This document shows positions 49,631-57,727 of a stretch of DNA of 63,037 nt, in pieces; position 1 is the stretch's first letter, and each line of letters begins with the position of its first letter. The notes under the pieces were generated by a model that made no database searches, was not told where the DNA came from, and saw nothing but the letters and a program-made list of their open reading frames with translations. The stretch comes from an uncultured Phycisphaeraceae bacterium (lineage in GTDB: Bacteria > Planctomycetota > Phycisphaerae > UBA1845), in the NCBI GenBank assembly GCA_964648365.1, contig CAZYLK010000008.1, positions 1 to 63,037 on the forward strand. Direction: 5' to 3'. A program made the translations under genes and the position numbers.

Positions 49631-50866
49631 ATGCCTCGAACCCGCGTTGCCCTGCCAGTTGCGATCCTTCTCGGCCTTTTTCTCACGACGCTCCAGGCCC
49701 TCGGCGGCGACCCGCTGTGGTCGTTGCGGGCGACGGAGGAACCGCCTAGCCGTTCCGGCCATGCAATGGCCTACGACAGCGCTCGGGGCGTGACCGTGCT
49801 CTTTGGAGGCGGCTATCAGATTTACCACCACCCGCGTTACTTCGGTGATACCTGGGAGTGGGACGGATCGAATTGGTGGCTTCGGTCTACGACTGGACCC
49901 AGTCCACGCTCCTCCGTCGCGATGGCCTACGACGATGGCCGCGGCGTGACCGTGCTCTTCGGGGGAAACGACGGGCGGCGCAGCCGCGAGACGTGGGAAT
50001 GGGATGGCCGGGAATGGTCGCTCCGATCGACGCGGGGGCCCCGTCGGCGGAATAGTCACGCGATGGTCTATGACAGTGCGCGCGGTGTCACCGTGCTGTA
50101 TGGAGGGTGGGACGGGTGGCTCGACGGTGAAACCTGGGAGTGGAACGGGCGGAAGTGGTCGCTGCGAAGCAGGAGCGGCCCAACCGCGCGTCCGGCGACT
50201 GCCATGGCGTATGACCGCGATCGGGAAGTCACGGTGCTTTTCGGCGGCGGCTGGAACTGGGGCGACAGCGAGACCTGGGAGTGGGACGGGATGACTTGGG
50301 TGCTCCGCTCCACCGAAGGCCCGAGCCCGCGCCTCGGCCACGCGATGGTGTACGACACCGCCCGCCGTGTAACGCGCCTCTTTGGCGGGAGCATCACGGG
50401 AGGACGGGACGGCCAGACCTGGGAATGGGATGGGAATATCTGGTCTCAGCAGCCTGCGTATGGACCCAACCCGCGCTCCGGACACGCCATGGCCTACGAC
50501 AGCGCAGCGAACAGGACGGTCCTCTTCGGCGGCTACACCGGGCAGACCTGGCTCCGCGACACATGGGAGTATGGTTCGGACGTCGATTGCCGGCTCGTCA
50601 CGAAACTGAAGACGCTGTGCGATTCCGATGAGGGGCGCATCGAGCTGCGCGGCACGGTCTCAACAACACTGCGGAGGGGGACGCAGATCGGCCTCTGCAC
50701 TGATCCCGAGGACTGTACGCTGGATGGGAATGAAACCTGTCGGGCCGCCACCGTAAACGCAAAGGGCAAGGCGAAAGCCCTCTGGTCCAATCTCGAACCG
50801 GGCGAGTATTGCGTGATTGCAAGCGATTGCCCGCTGACCTATCGCAAGGTGGAGTGCCACCCGTGA
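49631..50866 (+). CDS. Secreted Kelch-like repeat beta-propeller with a C-terminal Cys-rich module
   Basis: AGGAG lies before the ATG at 49631. Signal peptide MPRTRVALPVAILLGLFLTTLQALG. Six repeats of P..R.GHAMAYD..R.VTVLFGG.......DTWEWDG..W. Confidence 0.8.
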   Translation: MPRTRVALPVAILLGLFLTTLQALGGDPLWSLRATEEPPSRSGHAMAYDSARGVTVLFGGGYQIYHHPRYFGDTWEWDGSNWWLRSTTGPSPRSSVAMAYDDGRGVTVLFGGNDGRRSRETWEWDGREWSLRSTRGPRRRNSHAMVYDSARGVTVLYGGWDGWLDGETWEWNGRKWSLRSRSGPTARPATAMAYDRDREVTVLFGGGWNWGDSETWEWDGMTWVLRSTEGPSPRLGHAMVYDTARRVTRLFGGSITGGRDGQTWEWDGNIWSQQPAYGPNPRSGHAMAYDSAANRTVLFGGYTGQTWLRDTWEYGSDVDCRLVTKLKTLCDSDEGRIELRGTVSTTLRRGTQIGLCTDPEDCTLDGNETCRAATVNAKGKAKALWSNLEPGEYCVIASDCPLTYRKVECHP

Positions 50867-50941
50867 CCGCGGACTGACAAACGAGGAGCCTTCCGGCTGT
50901 CTCGGCCGCTTGTGCGCACCCGGACGAGCGGGAGACGCAAG

Positions 50942-51793
50942 CTATTCCACCCGGACCGCGCTGACGCTGCTGCGGCTGCCGCTGCAAACGTCGCTGCCGC
51001 TGCGCCAGCTCCAGTACTCGGTTCCAGAGATCTCGGTGGGTGAGTCAAGGTTCAGGACGTGACGCGTCGTCGTGGTGCCGCCGTCCTCGCTGTACTCGCC
51101 GGAAAACGTGATGAAGCCGCCGCGCGTGCGGCCGGTCAGCGCGAGGTTCGGGTCGCCCAGCCAGCCGGACGCCGTGATGTCGCAGCCGGACTGAACGATC
51201 GTGATGCGGGTGACCACAGTGCCATCATCCTCTTCTCCCTCCGACGCGCACCTGCCGGACGTGGCGATCACATCGATGCTGAAATCCCAGTCACCCGACA
51301 GATCCTGAGCCACGCAGGCGCCCGTCGCCGCGTCGCAGGCGAAGCCGCAACAGCACAGGTCGTCGCCACCGTCGCAGGCGCCGCCGTCGGCAACGCACGG
51401 CTCGACGGCGATCATGACGTCGTCGTCGTCGAGTCCGTATCCAGCGCTGGGGTCGCTGCACTCCGCGGACACGTGTACCGTAATATCTTCGCCGCCCTGG
51501 ACCGTCAGGATCGCATCGCTGCTGTTGATCGTCCTGCTGATGACCTCGACCTGTCCCGATCCCGCGGTGACGCTCCAGTCGACGTTCGCCGATTTGCACC
51601 TGGTGGTGACCCCCGCGACCGTGGCGCGCAGAAGTGTGGAATCACCATCGACGGCGCTCAGGTGCGTGCCAGGCGATAGGGTCAGAAAGAGCTGGCTCGG
51701 CCCGGCGCAGGTGAACCCGTCCGTGCCACAGGACTGGCTCCCGCCGTCTTGACCCACGGTCAGCGTCAGCAGGGCGAGCGTCAGCACCGTCAT
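50942..51793 (-). CDS. Secreted Cys-rich hypothetical protein
   Basis: ATG at 51793 gives a signal-like MTVLTLALLTLTV. Ig-like and Cys-knot-like segments (CVADGGACDGGDDLCCCGFACDAATGACV). Family not recognised. Confidence 0.5.
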   Translation of the reverse strand: MTVLTLALLTLTVGQDGGSQSCGTDGFTCAGPSQLFLTLSPGTHLSAVDGDSTLLRATVAGVTTRCKSANVDWSVTAGSGQVEVISRTINSSDAILTVQGGEDITVHVSAECSDPSAGYGLDDDDVMIAVEPCVADGGACDGGDDLCCCGFACDAATGACVAQDLSGDWDFSIDVIATSGRCASEGEEDDGTVVTRITIVQSGCDITASGWLGDPNLALTGRTRGGFITFSGEYSEDGGTTTTRHVLNLDSPTEISGTEYWSWRSGSDVCSGSRSSVSAVRVE

Positions 51794-51963
51794 GCGGCCG
51801 CGCCGTAACGCGAATCGGGAAGGGGCCGGGGTAGTGGATGGCATTCTCGTCACTCCTGGTCCATGAGAGAGTCAAAGATGTACGCGGCAGCGACCCGTGG
51901 CGCCGTCATCGGCGCCGCAGACCGGGAGTGTGGCAGATTTCGGTCCCGGCTGTCAAATCCACG

Positions 51964-52191
51964 AGGGGGCGAGGCGCCGCCGACGCCGCCTACGTCTTTG
52001 ACGTGAGCACGGCGGATCTGCGTTTCAAGTTGCTGCCCGGCCATGGTAAACCCGGCGCCCGCTTTGGCGGCGCGGTCGCCATCGGCGCGGCGCTGGACCG
52101 GTTTGGCGGTTCGGTCGCGATCAGCGGCGACGGCGCAGCCAGCGCGATCGTGGGGGCCATTCACCCCAAAAGAGCCTACGACTGCCCGTGA
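51964..52191 (+). pseudogene. Remnant of an FG-GAP repeat gene (one to two repeats plus the extreme C-terminus)
   Basis: AADAAYVFDVSTADLRFKLLPGHGKPGARFGGAVAIG...FGGSVAISGDG matches the repeat of the 48072 gene. It ends KRAYDCP*, compared with EKAYACP* in the full gene. There is no signal peptide or credible start. Confidence 0.45.
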
Positions 52192-52299
52192 TATGGGCGG
52201 CGCGCGTCCGTGAACCCCGGCGCGCGTGCCGCTGCTGGAGCCTGCGCGACCTGCGCCCGAGGATTGAGGCTGCGCTGACAGTATCCCCTCTGCGGTGAG

Positions 52300-53652
52300 T
52301 CAGTATGTGATCAGCTTCCGCCGCAGCGCATCATCGCAGCGCAGCTCTGCAAGGACATCCGCAACGCGCTCGCCCGCGCGGCCGTCGCCGTAGACGGTGC
52401 GGCCGCCAGTCCTCGGGCGCAGGCGCAGCGCCGCGCCGATGGCGGCGCGGATCGCATCGGGCGACTCCGCCGCGTCGATTACGCTGCGACCCGCCTTCTC
52501 CCGCCCGCGCTGGCGGTCGCCCACGTTGACCGACGGCGTGCCGGCCGATGCGGCTTCGATGATTCCGCTCGAGGAGTTGCCGATGACCAGGCTCGCGCCG
52601 ATCAGTGCGCGCAGGAAGGCGTCACGCGGCAATGAGCGATGGACGTCGACGCTTCCAGCCGGTGATCGACGCAGGTGTGCTTCGATCGCATCGATGACGC
52701 CGGTGTGACCGCGGTCGCTGTTGGGAAAGACGATGACGCGCCGCAGGCCGGCCGCGGCCGCGGCGTCGAGGACCATGGCCGTTACCCGACGCTCCACCGC
52801 CGCCGAACGGCCGTAGGCATGCTGCATCACCACCGCATACGGTTCGTCGCTGCCAAGCCCCTGCGTCAATTCTGCGGCCGTCTGAAGCGAGCCGCGTGGC
52901 TTCAGCCCGCGCGGAGTCTGCTTTCGGGATGGAACCAAACGAGTGGATGTGCCCCCCCCCGCCGCCAGGCTGAAGCCAGGTTGTCCCAAGGGCGTGGTTG
53001 CTGCCACATTCGCCGCTCGCGGGCGCAGCGCCAAGTCAACGAGATCATCGAGCCCGGGCGCGCCGACGAGGTGAACACGCGACGGATCCTCACCCATGCG
53101 GATGATCCGCCGCGCCGACGTCTTTGTTGCCGCGAAGTGCACGTGCGCGAGCTTGGTGATCGCGTGCCGCTGCGGGTCGTCGACGTCGCCGGGGGCGACG
53201 TCGCCGCCGTGAATGTGCGCGACGATGCGCCCCGTTGTCACGCCCGCCAGCGCGCCCGCGAGCGCTTCGATCCGATCGCCCAGCACCAGCACCACGTCGG
53301 CGTCCCACGCATGCAGCGCTTCCGCGACTCCCGCGACGCCGCGCGACAGCCCGCGGGCCTGATCCAGCGGACCGTCATCTCCCTGCTGCATGCGCACGTT
53401 CGCCACGATCGGCCATCCGTCTGCCTCCACCTGCCGCACCGTCCGGCCGAACTTCTTAAGCAAGTGCATACCCGTCACGATCACGCCCAGTTCGAGTTCG
53501 CGCCGCCGCGAGATCGCCCGCATGACAGGAGTCAGCAGGCCGTACTCCGCCCGCGTCCCCGTCACCACCGCCACGCGGGTCGCGCGGCGCCGCCTTCGCG
53601 GCTTGCGCGAGGGAGTAAGGGAGTGAGGGAGTAAGGGCGTGAGGGAAGACAT
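52300..53652 (-). CDS. neuC: UDP-N-acetylglucosamine 2-epimerase (hydrolysing), NeuC family
   Basis: VAVVTGTRAEYGLL, LVLGDRIE and HIHGGDV motifs. About 60 extra residues sit between the two Rossmann halves. Start uncertain: the ATG at 53652 includes translated octamer repeats, and a GTG near 53580 is also possible. Confidence 0.85.
   Translation of the reverse strand: MSSLTPLLPHSLTPSRKPRRRRRATRVAVVTGTRAEYGLLTPVMRAISRRRELELGVIVTGMHLLKKFGRTVRQVEADGWPIVANVRMQQGDDGPLDQARGLSRGVAGVAEALHAWDADVVLVLGDRIEALAGALAGVTTGRIVAHIHGGDVAPGDVDDPQRHAITKLAHVHFAATKTSARRIIRMGEDPSRVHLVGAPGLDDLVDLALRPRAANVAATTPLGQPGFSLAAGGGTSTRLVPSRKQTPRGLKPRGSLQTAAELTQGLGSDEPYAVVMQHAYGRSAAVERRVTAMVLDAAAAAGLRRVIVFPNSDRGHTGVIDAIEAHLRRSPAGSVDVHRSLPRDAFLRALIGASLVIGNSSSGIIEAASAGTPSVNVGDRQRGREKAGRSVIDAAESPDAIRAAIGAALRLRPRTGGRTVYGDGRAGERVADVLAELRCDDALRRKLITY
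53611..53648. repeat. Octamer array GGGAGTAA/GGGAGTGA (about 4.5 units)
   Basis: gggagtaa gggagtga gggagtaa gggcgtga gggaag, read directly. It covers codons 2-14 of the longest neuC reading. Confidence 0.9.
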
Positions 53653-53919
53653 CGGGATGTTGTACAGGTTCCCGCGGCCTGTAAGCATCAAGGCCGCTGC
53701 GTCATGAGTTTCCTTTGAGACCGGGGCCGCGCCCCTTGCTTTCTGTTTCGTTGACACCCTTTCTGCGGCCGCCAGCATTTCCACCGACCTGTGTCGCACT
53801 TTCAGGCATCCCGTGGATCCCGGTGTCGACCACCCGGCGCCTTGCCCTGGACTGACATGTCCGGCCCCGTCGCGGCGTTCGTTGCGGCGAGCCGCGTGCG
53901 GATTGTGTCCCGGTCTTCT

Positions 53920-53957
53920 CTTCCCTTACTCCCTCACTCCCTTACTCCCTCACTCCC
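53920..53957. repeat. Octamer array in inverted orientation (TTACTCCC/TCACTCCC)
   Basis: cttccc ttactccc tcactccc ttactccc tcactccc is the reverse complement of the 53611 array. It spans the neuB stop (53934). Confidence 0.9.
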
Positions 53958-55088
53958 CGAGCCGCGCAGCGGCTCCACCACCTGCCATGAAAGCGGCGCA
54001 TCCGCAGTCAGTGGAGTGGTCAATCGCCGGCCGATCAATTGCTCCAGGTCGGCCGGTTCGATGCCCCCCCCCGGGCGCTTGACGGTCAGCATCTCCGCCG
54101 TCAGCACCGTTCCGGCGGGCAGGTCCACCGCCGCCACCACGCTGCGCCGCGCGACCTCGCGCACGTCGCGCTCGACCTCCGACATTCCGGGCGCACCGTT
54201 CCCCAGCGCCTGCTCCGCTTCGCGGGCGTGGCTGACGTAGTCACGAAACCCGTCCGGGTCGAGCGACATGGCGTGGTCCGGCCCGTCGGCCGCGCGGTTG
54301 AGCGTCAGGTGTTTTTCGATGACGCACGCGCCGCACGCGACCGCCCAGCCACCGGTCCGAGTGGAAACGGTATGATCGCTGTAGCCGGTCAAGACGCCGA
54401 ATCGCTGCCGCAAGCCTCGCACCGCGGCGATGTTGGCTTCGCTCAGCGGCGTCGGATAGGCGCTGACGCAGTGCATCAGCACGGCTCGATCCAGCGCACG
54501 CCACTCGACCAGCCAGCGAACCGTCCGCGCAATTTCGTCGAGCGTGGACGCACCCGTGGACAGCAGCAGCGGCAGGCCCGTGGCGGCCGCGCGCTGCAAC
54601 AGGGGACGGTTCACGAGATCCGTCGAGGCGATCTTCACCGCCGGCGGGCGAGAAGCGGCATAGGCATCGAGCGATTCAATCGAGAACGGTGTCGCCAGAA
54701 AGTCGATCCCGCGCCCCCGGCAGTGCTGCGCAATCGCGGCGAAGGCGTCGGCGGCAAGTTCCAACCTGCGCAGCATGTCCCGCTGACCGCCGCCCGTTTC
54801 GACGGCCGGCGCTCGGCCGCGCTGATACTCCGCCAGCGGAGCAGCGTCGCAGACCAGTGCGTCTGCGGTAAACCACTGGAACTTCACCGCATCCGCCCCG
54901 CCCGCAGCCGCCGCGTCCACCAGCGCCAAGGCCTGGTCCAGTGCTCCGTCGTGGTTGACGCCGGCCTCGGCAATGATGTACGCGGGGCAGCCGTCGCCGA
55001 TCGCGCGTCTGCCAAGGTCGATGCGCCTGTCGCCGTCTCGCCCGGGGGGGGGCGGCTGCGCGCTGGTGCTCGTGGGCGGCGCCGTCAT
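53934..55088 (-). CDS. neuB: N-acetylneuraminate (nonulosonate) synthase, NeuB family, with a SAF domain
   Basis: YIIAEAGVNHDG and DAVKFQ motifs, then a C-terminal SAF-like region (LTVKRPGGGIEP). NeuB, LegI and PseI cannot be distinguished by eye. Confidence 0.9.
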   Translation of the reverse strand: MTAPPTSTSAQPPPPGRDGDRRIDLGRRAIGDGCPAYIIAEAGVNHDGALDQALALVDAAAAGGADAVKFQWFTADALVCDAAPLAEYQRGRAPAVETGGGQRDMLRRLELAADAFAAIAQHCRGRGIDFLATPFSIESLDAYAASRPPAVKIASTDLVNRPLLQRAAATGLPLLLSTGASTLDEIARTVRWLVEWRALDRAVLMHCVSAYPTPLSEANIAAVRGLRQRFGVLTGYSDHTVSTRTGGWAVACGACVIEKHLTLNRAADGPDHAMSLDPDGFRDYVSHAREAEQALGNGAPGMSEVERDVREVARRSVVAAVDLPAGTVLTAEMLTVKRPGGGIEPADLEQLIGRRLTTPLTADAPLSWQVVEPLRGSGSEGVRE

Positions 55089-55819
55089 GTCAGCGCCGCC
55101 ATCGGCTCGGCCGCGCCGCGCGAGCGCAGCACCGCCTCCGCCAGCAGCAGATCGAGCGGCTCGTCTACGTCCACCGCATCGTCGGCGCGGCAGACGATCG
55201 CCCGCCGATCGCTGCCCAGAAAGGCCTGGCCGTTCTCGGGAAATCTCTCCGCCTCAAACAGCGGCTCCCGCCGCACCACCACGCCGGCGCCGTCGTGATA
55301 GTAGAGCGGTTCGAGATCCTGCCGGCGGAAGATGCCGTTGGCGCGGTATTGCGACATTCGGTCGCCGTCGAGTCGGTGCAGCCAGTCGGGATGCTGCTTG
55401 GACACCGGCGCCACGGTACGGACCGAATCCGCCCCGGTCTTGATCAGGTGCTCGATGACCCGATCGAGAAGCCCCGGCGCCCGGACGGGGATGTTCGCAT
55501 AGAGCAGCACCACCGCATCGACGTGAAACGCGGCAGCCGACTTCTCCCACGCCAGCACCGCGTGCCGCGCGGCCGCATCCACCGTGGCGGTGTCGGTGGC
55601 CAGTTCCGCCGGCCGGTCAATCGTCGCGACGCCACGCGCCGCCGCCACCGTGCGGGCAGCCTCGGAATCCGTCGTCAGCACCGCCGCGCGAAGCTGAGTA
55701 GCCGCGAGCGCGTGATCTAACGTGTAGTCCATGAGCGGCCGCCCCAGAAGCGGAGCGACGCACTTGTTAGGCAGCCCCTTGCTGCCCGCCCGCGCCAGGA
55801 TGATCCCCAGGACGTTCAC
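55085..55819 (-). CDS. neuA: Acylneuraminate cytidylyltransferase (CMP-NulO synthetase)
   Basis: MNVLGIILARAGSKGLPNKC N-terminal motif. Its stop overlaps the neuB start by 4 nt. Confidence 0.85.
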   Translation of the reverse strand: MNVLGIILARAGSKGLPNKCVAPLLGRPLMDYTLDHALAATQLRAAVLTTDSEAARTVAAARGVATIDRPAELATDTATVDAAARHAVLAWEKSAAAFHVDAVVLLYANIPVRAPGLLDRVIEHLIKTGADSVRTVAPVSKQHPDWLHRLDGDRMSQYRANGIFRRQDLEPLYYHDGAGVVVRREPLFEAERFPENGQAFLGSDRRAIVCRADDAVDVDEPLDLLLAEAVLRSRGAAEPMAALT

Positions 55820-56059
55820 ACTGGCATTTTATCGACCTGCGGAATGCAGCGACTTGACAGGACCGACCGTCCGCCCGTCGGGGGCAGTGGCAGATCCGAG
55901 TTCAGGCGGGGAAAGCCGCGTTGGCCCCGTCGCGAGCGGCACAGCCTGCTCAGGCATCCTGAACACAGCCACTCGGCGCGACAAACGATCCAGGCAGGTT
56001 CGCGGAACCCCGGTTCACACCCGATTCTCCGCGCTCTCTGCGCTCTCCGCGGTGAGCTT

Positions 56060-57727
56060 TCACGCAGCGACGATGTCCGCCAGCGACGGCGACAAGACGG
56101 CCTTCAGCTTCTTGATGGCGCGGCGTTCGATCTGGCGGATGCGCTCCTTGGTGACGCCGTAGCGGTCGCCGATTTCCTGGAGCGTTTTGGCCTCTTTCTC
56201 TTCGAACAGGCCGAAGCGGGCGGAGACGACCTCGCGCTCGCGATCGCTGAGGCCGGCGAGGCCCTCCTTGAGCATTTCGCGCACCTGCTCCGCGTCGGGT
56301 TGTGGATGCTCGGGCTCGCGATGATCCGGCGCGGCCGCGAGAACCTCGTCCTGACCGGTGACGCAGCGGGACAGGCGGAAGTGCTGCTCGGGGATCGTGC
56401 GGGCGTAGTTTTTCATGATCGCCCACGACGCGTAGGTGCTGAAGCGGAAGCCGCGGCTGTAGTCGAACTTCTCGACGGCGCGCATCAGCGACATGTTGCC
56501 GTCACTGACGACCTCAAAGAACTGGTTCGTCCAGCCGACGTGCTTTTTGGCGACGCTGATGACCAGCCGCAGGTTGGCCCGGATGATCCGCTGGCGCAGC
56601 GTTTCCTGTTGCGTCATCAGCGCCTGCACCTCTTCGATATCGCCGGCCGTGGCGGTGCAGGGATCAAGCGACTTGACCCGCCGCGCGGCCAGATACTTGA
56701 CGAAGTTGTAGCGGCGGAAGAGATCCTGCTCCTGCTCGGCTGTCAGCAGCGGCACGTCGTACAAAGCACGGATATAGGCGGGAAGCTCGGGAGGGGCGCG
56801 ATGCGGCTCGGCGGACTCGCCCTCGGGCTCGGGTGCGCCAAGGATGATCGACCGGGCGCCGGGCGCCTCAAAAATCTCGTTATGCACGTGCAGGAGCGGC
56901 TGTTCCCGCCACCGGCGGACCTGAACCTCGCGCAGGACGCGCTCAATCTCGTCGACCGACGTCTCGAACGCGGACGCAAGCGTCACCACCGAATCGCCGG
57001 ACGCGTGGGCGTTCCAGATCGCGTCCTCGCGCCGCGTCAGGCGAGGCTGGCCTTTCACGCCGAACAGTGCCCGGCCCTTGTTGGCGCGGTCAAAGCGGCG
57101 GAGGGTGTATCGGATGGTCTCGATGGCGCGGCCGGTCTCAGCGGAGATGACGCGGGCCGTCTCGTGCAGCTTCATCCGCTTCTGCGAGAGCAGCGACTGT
57201 GCCCGCTCGATGATGTGCCGCCGCTCGTCGTCGGAAAGCTGCTTGAACGACGCCGCCTTCTCGACCAGGGCACGATTCTGCCCGACAAAGCGCTCCACGA
57301 ACCGCCGCGGCATCATCAGGCGGCTCACGCCGTCCTCGCCCAGAATGCGAATCCCGAGCAGCCCGCGGCAGCGCCAGCGGCGCACGGTCTTGGGACTGAC
57401 CTGCAGTTCCTGAGCGACTTCATCCTGCGTCAGGCAGGGCTCGACCACCTCAGCGGCAGTCAGGTTCGCCTTACGGCTGATGCGCTCGACCATGCGCACC
57501 AGGTCGGAAATCAGCGCACGTCCCGGAATCGCGGCGCCGGTGTCCGGGCCGCGCTTCTGAAACTTCGTAATGTGGTAACAGACCCAGTCGTAGGGGTAGG
57601 CTCTATCCTCTTGCACCAGGGCGAGCAGACGCTCGATGTTGTCAATCTGCTCAAGCCGCAGTCGCCGAGGCGAAAGCGTCAATTGGTGGGCGAGTTGGTC
57701 GAGGTCAGCGTTGTAGAATCCGGGCAT
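56060..57727 (-). CDS. RNA polymerase sigma-70 family factor with an N-terminal extension of about 320 aa
   Basis: Region 2 VVSDGNMSLMRAVEKFDYSRGFRFSTYASWAIMKNY, and region 4 LSDREREVVSARFGL...TLQEIGDRYGVTKERIRQIERRAIKKLK. The N-terminal part holds an extra HTH-like LTQDEVAQELQVSPKTVRRWR. Confidence 0.9.
   Translation of the reverse strand: MPGFYNADLDQLAHQLTLSPRRLRLEQIDNIERLLALVQEDRAYPYDWVCYHITKFQKRGPDTGAAIPGRALISDLVRMVERISRKANLTAAEVVEPCLTQDEVAQELQVSPKTVRRWRCRGLLGIRILGEDGVSRLMMPRRFVERFVGQNRALVEKAASFKQLSDDERRHIIERAQSLLSQKRMKLHETARVISAETGRAIETIRYTLRRFDRANKGRALFGVKGQPRLTRREDAIWNAHASGDSVVTLASAFETSVDEIERVLREVQVRRWREQPLLHVHNEIFEAPGARSIILGAPEPEGESAEPHRAPPELPAYIRALYDVPLLTAEQEQDLFRRYNFVKYLAARRVKSLDPCTATAGDIEEVQALMTQQETLRQRIIRANLRLVISVAKKHVGWTNQFFEVVSDGNMSLMRAVEKFDYSRGFRFSTYASWAIMKNYARTIPEQHFRLSRCVTGQDEVLAAAPDHREPEHPQPDAEQVREMLKEGLAGLSDREREVVSARFGLFEEKEAKTLQEIGDRYGVTKERIRQIERRAIKKLKAVLSPSLADIVAA

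Noticed and set aside
53649-53919. An invertible DNA switch between neuB and neuC, flanked by the inverted octamer arrays.
   Set aside because: There is no recombinase/invertase gene nearby, and I could not read a promoter inside the segment. The arms are simple-sequence repeats found elsewhere in non-inverted contexts. RNA pairing or slippage is a more economical reading. The idea is kept only as a low-probability note in the finding.
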